NCBI RefSeq assembly: GCF_018977255.1
Contig: NW_024704745.1
Span: 46,438,001 to 46,502,000 of the forward strand
Direction of reading: 5' to 3'
DNA from: Callorhinchus milii
Taxonomy: Eukaryota
DNA: 64,000 bases
Positions 52,830 to 64,000 of the stretch are shown here, one piece after another. The notes beneath the pieces were generated by a model. It was not told where the DNA came from. It saw nothing but the letters and a program-made list of their open reading frames with translations, and did not search any database. Each line of letters starts with the position of its first letter. The first letter of the stretch is position 1. A program made the translations under genes and the position numbers.

Positions 52830-53190
52830 TCAGATCGGAGCCCTGTGTCTTAGTGGTTACGATCTCCAAAGCCAGAGGACCTGGGTTCGATTCTCGGGCA
52901 GGACAAAACGTTACGCAGATTTCCTTATTTCACACACCGCTGTTTACCTAGCAGTAAGTAGGAACCCAGTTGTTAGTCGATTGGTGGATCGCTTTTCCAG
53001 GGGTAATAAACCCTCAAAAAAAAATTGGGTCATTCAATCCACAACAGTTTGTGGGGCACTGCTGTGCGCAATTAGCTGCCACATTTCACCCATAAATTTG
53101 CATCAATTCACTTTACAGTATATCCTGTGAAGTGCTTTGAGACGTCTTGAAGATGTGATAAGGCATTGCATCAAATGCAAGGAATATTTT
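52830..53190 (+). mobile_element. SINE, long-module subfamily
   Basis: Shares ctagcagtaagtaggaacccagttgttag with 14913-15315. Confidence 0.78.
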
Positions 53191-54659
53191 TATGATTTTG
53201 AACTCATAGTCTAGGCTGGCCAACAGTCTACCAGATAAAATTGGTCATTCATTTCTGGGCTGTTTGTGGGACATTGCTGTGCGCAAATTGGCTGCCGCAC
53301 TTCCCCACAAAACACACAGTACATCATGTGAAACACTTTGAGACATTCCTAACATTAAAGGCACTATACCAAATGTAAGTATTATTATTAATTATTGTAG
53401 GCTGATACTCTAGCACAGTCCTAGTGAATTGTTGCACGGTCAGAGGTGCTGTACTTTGAATGAGACGGTAAACCGAGGGCTCTATGGTCCTGTTCGAACA
53501 CCATTAAAGATGATATGACACTATTCACTGACTGTCCAGCGCCTTGGGATGTCCTCCCATATTGGTGTTTCCCAACAAATATTATTATTATTATTAAATA
53601 TACAGTTACTGCTCTTGCTAGCAATGCCCTGTGAAGTACTTTGAGATGTTCTGATGTTACACAGTTGCTATATCAAATGCAGGATTATTATTATATCATT
53701 CGAGAGAAGATAAAACATTTCTATATAAGCTTAAAATGCAATTTTTATTTCAATTGTCAAAACAAATAAAACTGTGATACTTGGAAAAACGTACAAAATA
53801 TATACATATCTGCATTTTATTGTTTAATCAATCTGTACAATAACATCTTTTCAAAGAAATGTTAAAATGTTTTTTAATTAACAACACAATTTCAAATTTC
53901 TACTTGCCCTCTTTTGAATGAGGGGCGATAACAGTACTTTATCTTTTAATTAAATAAAATTGGTTCATGATGAATTCATAATTTCTTTGCCATAGAATGT
54001 TATTCTTAAATCAGGAGTTTTATAATGTTCAAATAACATCATAGCCCATAAACAAACTCATAGGAAAATTTTCTTTTATACTAAATCTAATAGATTCTAC
54101 ACTTTGCTGGCTTCTCCAATGACCCCCTGAGAGTGCTGGCCAAAGAACTGCCAAAGTCCTGTTTCCTATGCATTCATAGGAAGGAATTGTCATTTCTGCC
54201 TTCAGAGAACTGCAACTGAGAAGCACTGTTTTTCTGAGAACTCTCCAGAGACCGCAGCAGCTACTGCTTCTTCTGACCATAGACAGGTTAAGTTGTTCAG
54301 CCAACTGAAACAAGAAATTGTACTTCTCACAATTGCTGAGCTGTACAGAATGTTCCCAGAGACTGAAGTGATTAGAAATTCAAGCTACAGTATTGAATAT
54401 TCCAAACAAACTGTGTTGAATGGAATCTGAATGCACCAGAGGCAGCAGTGTCTTAAAGTGCAGTATAAAATAGAGGCAGCTGTGAAATATAGTATTAGAT
54501 TCACTACAGTCAATGCACTGAACATAAAAAGCAGACAATTTAGAGAAGTACAGTGTTCTGGCCAGGCATGTTGTATACTGTTCTGGTAGCTGCAACATAA
54601 GCAGGCAGCCTTGGTTTGAGATGCAGTGTAGAGGAGAGTAATGAGGATAATCCCCACTG

Positions 54660-54950
54660 TTAAATGCGTGAGCTATAATACGTAATGGTTAGATAAATTA
54701 GGCTCTTCACTCGTAAAAAAATCTTATAGAAGAATAGAAGGTGGCTTAATGGAATTGAGGCAGTAAATCTTTCAGAAGACAAAAGGGTAGATTCAGGATT
54801 GTGAAGCAAAATTTCAGGACAGATATAAGGAAGCATTTTGTTACAAAAAGGATAATTAATATCTAGAAAGGGTTACCAAGAAGGGTAGTAGAGACGAGAA
54901 TGCTAGACTGAATTAAGAAACAGTTGATGCTGTGATGGGAAGATGGATAT
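54660..54950 (+). mobile_element. Degraded CR1 3' fragment
   Basis: Remnants of LGLFT, FRTDIRKHF and VV motifs. Confidence 0.55.
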
Positions 54951-55264
54951 TGCTGAAGAATGAGTCGAAGAACTTTCTTCATTCCAGTCATCTTGTAACA
55001 TTTTGAGTTAGAAATTCTTCTCGATTCTAAACAATAATAATGATGTACTCTTAGAATGGTAAAATTCCCTGTAAGATCCTACCATCAAAGTCACTACATT
55101 AAGTAGTTAAAGGAATTTCACTCCCTTATGACTGAAAATGAAAGTTTGTAAAACATAAATGAATAAGAAGTGATGAACTAAATTTCTAATCCTTGCATAG
55201 GTACACATTTAATCAATTGTTGATGTTGATGTTGATTTATAGATAAATCTTATTTTGGTCTTCA

Positions 55265-55438
55265 TTAGTTGGTTATCACTTCTTCATATTCCTGACGGTC
55301 TTCTTCTGGAATGGTGTCTTGCTTGTCATTGTATGAAATGACTGCATATTCACATGCCATATCATTGTTTGGCTTTACTTCTTCAGAACCACCCATATTG
55401 GTGTGGTCTATCGTGGCATAGAAAATTTCTTCATTATT
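55265..55438 (-). CDS. Terminal coding exon of an ITIM/ITSM-like inhibitory receptor (BTLA-like tail): NNEEIFYATIDHTNMGGSEEVKPNNDMACEYAVISYNDKQDTIPEEDRQEYEEVITN*
   Basis: Minus-strand acceptor ttaatttctacttacag|, phase 0, 57 open codons. IFYATI fits the ITIM consensus, CEYAVI is ITSM-like, and the two tyrosines are 24 aa apart. Confidence 0.8.
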   Translation of the reverse strand, partial: NNEEIFYATIDHTNMGGSEEVKPNNDMACEYAVISYNDKQDTIPEEDRQEYEEVITN

Positions 55439-55989
55439 CTGTAAGTAGAAATTAAGATAATGAGAAATGAATACTGAATTTAATAGAGTTTCACCATAGC
55501 ATGACATCAGTAGATAAACTGAATGTGCATTTCAGGAATCAGTCATCACTGTTATTTGATTTCCACTGAACATGATTTTTCTACAATTAAGGCAATCTCA
55601 TTGATACTGACTCTCACAATCCATTGCAAATACAACATTGTTTGCTAACATTTTCTACTACGTAGCCAACAGATAATACTGATCCCCACTAGACTTAGTG
55701 TTAAGCACACACATAACCTTGCCCAAGGTTTTATTCAAACACCTTATATGTCTTTATCTCTCAATACCTGAAATAGATTTTACTGTGAGGCAAATCATTT
55801 TAATTCTTTTTATTTACCTCTAGATCTTATTATTTCCCACAATACATCGCTTTTTGTGTCACTTTGCAAAATAGGTTGGGGTGAGTGGCTCAAGAAAGAA
55901 CCCAAGTGCCATGAAAGTGATTCTATTTCTTTAAAGGTGGCAGCAGATGCTGCAGATTTCTTCACTCCTCTATGTACTGCTACACATTT

Positions 55990-56605
55990 AATAACAACAA
56001 GAAGAACAAAATTACATTTGTATAGCGCCTTTCATATCAGGTGGGTGTCCCAATGCGCTGGACATAAGAACATAATATTTAGGAGCAGGAGTAGGTCATT
56101 CAGCCCCTCGAGTCTGCATGCCAGTCGATAAGATCATGACTGATCTATTATAACTCCACCTACTCGCCTTATCCCCATATCCCTTAATCCCTTTATCCAC
56201 AAGTCAGAGTTTCTGACCCAAGCTAGGTATCGGGATCGGGGAGGGTGGAGGGCAGGGCGGGGGAGCAGGGAGATCGAAAGCACGGTCAAAGTGGAAGGTC
56301 TTGGATGGGTCTTGAAGGAGTCAAGGGAGGGGGCGAGGTGGAGGGACTGCGGGATGGAGTTCCCTAGGGTGGGGGTAGAGTGGCAGAAGGCCCACCCACC
56401 AATGGTGGGGCGAGCGAGGCGGCAGATGTGAAGCAGGCTAGAGCCCACTGAATGGAGGGAGCGGGCAAGATGGTAGGGGTTTAGGAGATCGCAGAGGTAG
56501 GGGAGGAGCAAGACCATGGACGCCTTTGAAGGTGAGGACCGGATCTTGAATCCTCTGTGTGAAGGGAAGCCAGTGGAGTCGGGCAAGGATGGGGGTGATA
56601 TAGTC
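55990..56605 (-). mobile_element. L2 3' fragment with a CR1 3'-end piece inserted (~56063-56216)
   Basis: L2 tail and body flank cataagaacataatatttaggagcaggagtaggtcattcagccc (CR1 3' end, reverse). Confidence 0.8.
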
Positions 56606-56769
56606 AATAAAATATAGTTGAGAGCCTGTAATCCCCTCTATTGGGACTAATCCTATTTGGATATGAAAACACTGCAGATATGAAGTCCTCATTAGGTTAC
56701 AGTGCAAAGTTCGAATGAAAACCTTCTTCCATGAGATGTTACATTGCCAATATAGAACATGTCACATCA

Positions 56770-57030
56770 GCTCTTTCCCATCTTTCTCTCTCTATTTATC
56801 TCTCACAGATCTCCTTGATTCTTTCTCTTTCACTCTCTCTCTCATTCTCTTTCTCTCTCTTTCTCTCACTGACTCAGTCTCTCACTTCTAAGTTTCTTAC
56901 TTTGATTCTCTCTTTGACTATTACTGACTCTATTTCTCTCACACTCTCCCTCTCTCTGTCTGACTGATTATTTGTCTTGGACAGTCTCTGTGTGACTTTC
57001 TGGTCTCTCGATCTCTCTCTCTTTCTGAAA
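56770..57030. repeat. CT-rich low-complexity repeat
   Basis: Direct reading. Confidence 0.85.
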
Positions 57031-57793
57031 TAACCGGATGAGGTAATTTTCTGCAGCTCTGCCCCTCTCCCCCACCCACAGATTTTTGCTAATTAAGGGG
57101 TACTCTCTTCAAAGGAAATCAATTCATAAAAAAATATTTTTTGGTGGAAAGGAAGAATGAATCTTTCACATGAACCATGAGATGAGATGTTACATGTTTC
57201 AAGGCATTCATTTCATTGCATCATGTGGTTGAGAGTGAGTGGATAAAGGTATGTCACGCAGTTTTTGATAAAGATAGTCCTCCTTTAATCATTTCATTAC
57301 ACCACCACAAAGATGCATGTGAAAGAATACACATTGCAAATACCATTGAAGTGAAAATTGTAGATTGTGACATGATAATTATCTGTATGACTACCACATT
57401 GTTGAATAATGCAGTCAACAAGGAGAATTAATAACAAGACTGAGCACAGGTCTGAATCCTCACCCCCATCTATGTTACAATGCCTCCCATTTGGAGTTGA
57501 GTTTGCAGAAGAACACTGAACTCTGATTTTTCTTTTGAAGATTATCGACCGTCCATTAACCACAGTGGCTGACTTGAGGCCAAACATTGTGACAGAGTCG
57601 AGGAAGAAATCATACCCATGATTTACGTTGCTATCAACTATTCTCATTCATAGCACATATCAACAACATGGATGCCATAAGCTGAATAGCCTCATACCAT
57701 GTAGAGAATTTCTATGTGATAATTACCATAATTCCACTTCACAATTGTCACTTTCAAGCAATATAGAAAAGTTCTTATGAAAATATACGTTAC

Positions 57794-57819
57794 CTCTGGC
57801 TTGTTTTCCTCTTGTTCAC
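57794..57819 (-). CDS. 26-nt cytoplasmic micro-exon (R)EQEENKPE of the minus-strand receptor
   Basis: Minus-strand ttgtcaatttcag|GTGAACAAGAGGAAAACAAGCCAGAG|gtaacg. Phase 1 in and 0 out matches the terminal exon. Confidence 0.62.
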
Positions 57820-58847
57820 CTGAAATTGACAATAAGTCTAGTTAAACTGTTGAATATTTAATTGTTTTTAAAAAAAAACACGAGCAAGGAGAAAAAAGCC
57901 AACAAATATGAAAGTCAAAGGCAAAATAAAGTAATAGTACACAATGGAAATGCAGAGGCAGAAAGTGATTTTTGAAAACTACAGAGGTATAAGGATCAGA
58001 TGTCACCAAACAAGGCAAATGTTCAATGTAAATGGGGCGTAAGCAGATTTGAAAGGTAAGCAAGTATCAGGGCTCAGTCAATGTGGCTGAGAGTGAACCA
58101 CCTCCTCCCTCCAAAATTTTCACAATGGCTGGGATCAGAGCTGGCCAGGGCCATCAATGACCTTATTGTACTATAAATAGAAGCATTTCAGTGCCAGTTC
58201 CCAAGAGGATAACATGTTCAACTTTTAAAGCTGAAGTAAACTGGTAGCCCCAGAAACAGCATTGAAATGACAGCAAGTTCAATGATGGCAAAAGGCCATC
58301 TTCAGTCCTAACAATTGTGATAAAGTTGGTAGGGAGGGGGTGTGGGTAGGAGAGTAGCACTGAAAGGCAAATTTCCACAGAAATGTCAACAGTAAAGGAA
58401 CATTTGAAAATATGATAATATCAATGGTCAGAAATATTGACCAACAATTGGTCGTACACTGCATAGTTGTTTATGGGACTTTGCCATGTACAAATTGACT
58501 GCCGAATTTGCCGTCAAATCCACAGTCAATGTGCAGTGTTTTGAGCCATTTCAATGTTGTGATAAGGCACTTTACCAAATGCAACAACAAAACAACACAA
58601 TTACATTTATAGAGCACCTTTCACGTCGGGAGGTTGTCTCAAAGCGATGGACGTCCCAAAGCCCAAAATGCAAGGGTTATAGGACAACTATTATTGTATT
58701 CCTGCATTATGACCTACCCTGGCCCTTTGTATACATGGTCTGCCAGCCTCTACTACATCTATTCCTGCTGTCTGTACATTGCAAATAACAAATTCCTACC
58801 TGGCCAGTCAGCTTTGGGCAGCGCCTGATTGTATCTTTATTACAAAA

Positions 58848-59165
58848 GGAGTCCTGTAGCTCATTGAGTAGAGCACTCGCCTTGCAAGCGAGACACCTGG
58901 GTTCAATTCCAGGCAGGGCAAAATCTTGGGCAAGTTTCCTTACTCCACACGCCTAATAATAATCGCTCCAAAACAAAGCAATAATAAATTGGTCATTTTC
59001 AATCCACGACTGTTTGTGGGACACTGCTGTGCGCAATTGGCTGCCGCGTTTCGCCCACAAATATACGGTCAATTTACTTTACAGTCTATTCTGTGAAGCA
59101 CTTTGAGACTTTGAGAAGATGTGGAAAGTGCTACATCAAATGCAAGGATTACTGTTATATTATTA
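58848..59165 (+). mobile_element. Young TGC-loop SINE, full length
   Basis: CTCGC-CTTGCAA-GCGAG stem-loop; body matches 30927-31247. Confidence 0.9.
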
Positions 59166-59324
59166 CAAGACACTTTATAAGTCCAATTAAGCTGCTATGC
59201 CCAAATGCCACTCACTCTCTACCATTTCCTCATCCCCACCATACTCTGCCATCAGCAGCAGCCTCCTCCTTCTTCCTCTTCCACCCACACATATAATTTG
59301 CCACCTTAACACTTAAAACTAAAA

Positions 59325-61480
59325 AGATTGGGGAGGGTGGAGGGCAGGATGGGAAGCAGGGTGGTCAACAATACGGTCGAAGGGAAGGGTCTTGAGATGT
59401 GATAAAGTTGTTCGGGATAGGGGGAAGGAGTATAGCACTGAAAGCCAAATTTCCACAGAAATGTCAACAGGAAAGGTACATTTGAAGGAAGCAAGGGAGG
59501 GGACAAGGCAGAGGGACTGCGGGATGGAGTTCCAGATGGTGGTGACAGAGTGGCAGAAAGCGCGTCCGCCAATGGTGGGGCAGGCGAGGGATGTGAAGCA
59601 GGCTGGAGCCCGCTGAGAGGAGGGAGCGGGCAGGATGGTAGGAAGTTAGGAGTTAGGTAGGGGTGTGCAAGACCATGGAGTGCTTTGAAGGTGAGGACCA
59701 GGATCTTGAACTGTATCCTCTGTGTGATGAGAAGCCAGTGGAGTTGGACGAGGATGGGGGTGATGGTTGTGGAGCCTGGTGTGGGAGAGGACACAGGCTG
59801 GAGAGTTCTGAATAATCTGCAGCCTGTGGAGGGAGGAGTTGGGGAGACCAACAACAATGAGTTTGCATAGTCGAGCCTCGATGTAATGAATGTGCTTGCG
59901 AGGATTTCAGTGGCCTGCAGTGTGAGACAGTGGTGGAGCTGGGTGATGCTGCAGAGGTGGGGAAGGCAGAGCGGGTCATGGCACAGATGTGGGGTAGAAA
60001 GGATAGTTGAGGGTCAACTATCAAGACGCCAAGGTTCCAGACTGGCTTAGTAAAGTGGAGTGTGTATCCATGGATGGTGATGCTGTCAGTGCCTGAGGTG
60101 TGGCGCCGCTGATGGGAGCCAATTAGGAGGGCCTCGGTTTTGTTGACGTTCAACTGAAGGAAGTTAGCTCTGATGCAGGACTTGTTTGACCGACATTCTG
60201 TCAGGACAGCAGTGGTCCTGGAGTCAAGGGTGGAGACAGAGAGGTACAGTTGGGTGTCATCTGCATACTTGTGGAAGTTGACCCCATGTCTGAAGATAAT
60301 GTCACCAAGAGGGAGCATATAGATGTTGAAGAGGAGGGGACCAAGGACAGAGCCCTGAGGAACGCCACACAAGATGGTACGGGGGCTAGAGGAGAAACCG
60401 TTTGTGGAGATGAAGTGGAGGAGATGTGAGCAGTACGATCTGAACCAGTCAAGGACAGAGCCGTGAAGGTTGAGGTGAGATGAGGATAGAGTGGTCAATG
60501 GTGTCAAAGGCAGCAGAAAGGTCAAGGAGGATGAGGAGGCAGAGGGAATCCTGGTCGCAGATGGACAGGATGTCATTTGTCATTTTGACCAGGAGATGGG
60601 GCGGTAGTTTTAGAGCAGTGATGGATCCAGGGAGGGTTTTTTTAAGGATAGGAGTGATGATGGTCGTTTTAAAGGGATGAGAACAGTACCAGTGGACAGG
60701 GAGATGTTTATGATGTCTGTAAGTAAAGGGACAAGGAGGTGGAGCTGGGAGGTAAGGAGAGGGGTAGGGATGGGGTTGAGGGAGCAAGTGGTGGATTTCA
60801 GTGGTAGTGAGAGAGGAGGGGGCGACAGGTTCAAAGGTGTCCATAGAGGGATGGGTAGGGGCTGGGATGAAATGGGGGATTGGGAGGGGGAAGCATATGG
60901 ATGGGCAGAGGCAGTTGGGTGGATCCCCTCAACTTTAGATTCGAGGAAGTCCAGCATTGCCTCACAGTTTGCATTGGAGATGAGGATGGGTGAGGTGTGA
61001 GAGGGTGGGTGGAGGAGCCCGTTGGTAATGGAGAAGAGGAGCCTGGGGTTGTCCTTGGCCTCCAAGATTGTCTTGGAGTAGAATGCCGATTTAGCAGTGG
61101 CGAGGGCAGAATGGTAGGATTTGATAAGGTCCAGTCAGATCTGCCGATGGACCATTAAGTTCGATTTAAGCCAGGTGCGTTCAGCAGCACACATCTGTAC
61201 TTTAAGGGAGTGGAGGTGACTGGTGTACCATGGTGACTTACGTGAGTAGGAGACTGTTCTGGAAGTGAGGGGATTAAGGGAATTGAGAGTGGAGGAGAGA
61301 GAGGTGTGGAGAAGAGTGACCGAGAAGGATAGGTCATTGCAGGAGGAAGCCTAGAGAGGAAGGAGTTCAGATGATTCTAAAGCAGCCGAGAAGGAGCCGG
61401 GGGGGGAAATTGTTTTCCAGGGGCGGTTGGAGATGGAGGTGTGTGGGACTCTCACATACTGCCCTCGGTAAGTATAGAAT
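59325..61480 (-). mobile_element. Long internally deleted L2 LINE
   Basis: Minus frames give [55 protein letters not shown] and LEAKDNPRLLFS. Confidence 0.92.
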
Positions 61481-62689
61481 TGGACTTAGCAGTGATGCCC
61501 TCATGGCCGAATAACCTATTGACATTCGCTCTCTTTGCTCATACATGCAAATTGGCGAATACTGAAGAGCAATTGGTACTGGGGCCCTGCACCCAACCTT
61601 CAGTAGATAAATACAAACATTTGCGAGCGGGGTGGGAGAGGGGGAATAAAATAAATTAGCAGCTGAATACTGATGTGATAGATCTCACACCAGAATTCTG
61701 TTGGTGTGAAATCTAACACAGAACTGAGAGATCTCACACCAGCACTGATGTGTTTTTAGCCTTGTCACTAGCTTAATGTGTTAAGTGGCAAAACTAAACA
61801 CACACAATTTTAGTACAAGATACTTTACCCTATCTTTTTACAACAACAAAATTACATTTGTATAGCGCCTTTCATGTCGGGAGGATGTCCAAAGGCGCTG
61901 AATCTGGTTATTGTTATACAATTATTGAATCATATAGTATAAAAAGTCTGACAAGTACAAGAGAACATTCTGTGTTTGTTTTTTTGTTGTGCTTGTGTAC
62001 TACTAATAACAATAAAAATAATAATATTTTTAATATAAAAACTACAGCAAATCCTTTATCCCAATTATTGAATCTTATATACCTTTTGTGTTTATTGGGC
62101 ATGGCAGATCATCTGAGAGATACAATATGCACAATCATAGCAAGTCTTCGAAGGACATGTAAGTAAAAATAACCACTTTTGAAAATTGTTAATGCTGAAA
62201 GATTATTGTTCATTATGAAGTGTTATTGCATAGAAGAGCAATGTAAGAGGGAGCAGCAGAGAAGTGAAATTTCAGAACTTTAAATGGACATTCTAGCCTG
62301 GAAAGTTAAATCTAGCAGTGTTTTGATACAATATCTGGTGAAATAAATAAAATTATTTCAAGTCCATATCTAAGAGAAGCCATTTTAAAAGAAAATTGGC
62401 AACTACAAAAGAACATTCAGCGTTCAGTTTTTTTGTTGTGCTTGTGTAATAATAATAATAAATATAGCAATAATAATCCATGCTTTCGCATTCAGAGGAG
62501 ATCTCAAAGCGTTTGACAGAATACATTGTAAAGTGTAGTGACTGCGTATTTGAAGGCTAATCTGGCAGCCCATTTGTGCACACCCAATGTCCCACAAATA
62601 GCCGTGACGTGAATACCCTTCTTATGTTTAACACAGTAGTGACTTAGTGGGTGCAGTCTTTCTACATTACTGTACAGAAACAAACTTAC

Positions 62690-62712
62690 GCGATTTTTCC
62701 TTCACACTCTTT
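62690..62712 (-). CDS. 23-nt cytoplasmic micro-exon KSVKEKS(R) of the minus-strand receptor
   Basis: Minus-strand ttatccctgtttttcag|AAAGAGTGTGAAGGAAAAATCGC|gtaagt. Phase 2 in (typical after a TM exon) and 1 out matches the 26-nt exon. Confidence 0.6.
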
Positions 62713-62984
62713 CTGAAAAACAGGGATAAAAAGAATGAATGTAGCTCAGATTATGTAAAACAAACTAAATACAATAAATGCTTTTCTTGTTCATATAATC
62801 ATCAATGTTATCTAATTCAAAAGATAGCTCATGTCAGAGAAACAATAATCTAGAGTTTTTGATATGCTGAACAGCAAGTTCAAAAATTTAAACAAGTCAA
62901 ACATAATAATAAGCCAACTGAAAGTTGAAACAAACACTCTGAACTCTATTCCCATACTTTTTTTCTTTTCAGGGCTAGATCTAT

Positions 62985-63330
62985 TAATAATAATCATCCT
63001 TGAATTTGATATAGCACCATTCATGTTTGGAGGATGTCCCAAAATGATTCCCAGGATATAACTGTGAAGTGGATTGACTGTGTTTTGTGGGTGATAGCGG
63101 CAGCAATTTTTCACACAGAATTGTTTCATAAACCATGAAATAAATGATCAATTTTATTTGGAAGACTGTTGGTCAAGACACCGTGAGAAACTCTCTTCTC
63201 TTGTTGAATAGTGCCATGGGTTCTTTAATGTCCACCTGAACAAACAAACATGACCTCGGTTTAACATCTGACGACACCTCCAACAATGCAGTGCTCCCCA
63301 GCAGTGCTCCCCAGTGTTGGATGACACTCA
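62985..63330 (-). mobile_element. Older Deu-SINE
   Basis: Reverse complement of the core (gtgccatgggttctttaatgtccacctg) and tail. Confidence 0.68.
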
Positions 63331-63519
63331 GTGTCATCATAGACATTATAACAAAAATCCATGCTCTCCCAGCCCATAATGTGCTATTTCCTGATCCTGA
63401 TCAGGATCAAGAATTCCAGCTATGGCCAAGGCTACAATTTCAAATCACAAATGTACTACATCAACAGTAAAAAAAAAGTGGTCAGAAAATGGTCAGAAAA
63501 TGTAATTAAACAGGCATAT

Positions 63520-63650
63520 GAAAGAGAGGGGCTTGAAAGGGTATGGGGTTAAGGCAGGGCAGTGGGATTGAAGCCATATCCTTGCTCTGTGAGCCAGCAC
63601 AGCTTGATAGGCCAAATGACCTCCTTCTGCACTATAGAATTCTATGTTTC
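63520..63650 (+). mobile_element. CR1 3' end
   Basis: gggtatgggg...gcacagcttgataggccaaatgacctccttctgcactatagaattctatg is a CR1 3' UTR type. Confidence 0.6.
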
Positions 63651-64000
63651 TAACTGTGTTTAGTTTTGTACGAAAAGTCTCAAAATGCTGTGATAATACA
63701 CTTTACTATATGCCAGTGCTTCTAAAGGAATACCGCAAATTTCACCCCTATGAGTCCTATGGTTGAAAGGGCTGTATCATAAGTAGAGCTGGGGATCTGA
63801 TACACAAATCGGCAAACCAAGATGTGGGAAACTCAAATCGCAAGATTGGTTTGGATGAAGACAGCCCATAAAATCTATAAACTCACCAATGTTCCCCCAA
63901 AAAGGAATTGTGTCTGGACAAGTCTACATGGTCTAAATGGTAAAAGTCAACCAGTAGCACTTTGGTTCAAAGAGATTTGTATCATTAGAGATTTGAGATG

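Noticed and set aside
55820-55863. Candidate 44-nt minus exon upstream of the terminal exon
   Set aside because: The frame needed for a phase-0 junction contains a stop codon.
63888-63933. Candidate upstream exon of the minus gene (ttttaccatttag|...cattg|gtgagt)
   Set aside because: It is not hydrophobic, and its phase-2 frame would create TG|A (stop) when joined to the 23-nt exon; no frame runs to the window end.
1-64000. CRISPR arrays, rRNA, operons or other prokaryotic systems
   Set aside because: The sequence is intron-containing vertebrate DNA; the repeated motifs are retroelement tails and microsatellites without regular repeat-spacer structure.

Overview
Vertebrate genomic DNA, AT-rich and very dense in retroelements. 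The L2 LINE, CR1 LINE and Deu-domain tRNA-SINE content suggests a cartilaginous fish, possibly a holocephalan (inference only). Two immune-receptor genes point tail-to-tail. (1) A complete six-exon CD200-receptor-like gene on the + strand, join(26837..26909,33644..33997,34588..34857,35794..35908,36963..36990,38290..38388), 312 aa: signal peptide, IgV, IgC2, transmembrane (TM) segment and a short tail containing NIVYDSL, in which an NxxY motif and an ITIM share one tyrosine. (2) The 3' end of a minus-strand receptor: micro-exons 62690..62712 and 57794..57819 plus terminal exon 55265..55438. Its tail carries an ITIM (IFYATI) and an ITSM-like motif (CEYAVI) in a BTLA-like arrangement; its TM and ectodomain exons were not found in the window. 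The rest is nested L2, CR1 and SINE copies, a solo-LTR-like segment, a hAT-type MITE remnant, local duplications, templated insertions, microsatellites and a G-rich minisatellite. Gene models were built by hand from splice consensus and phase continuity; no database searches were run. Repeat boundaries are approximate.
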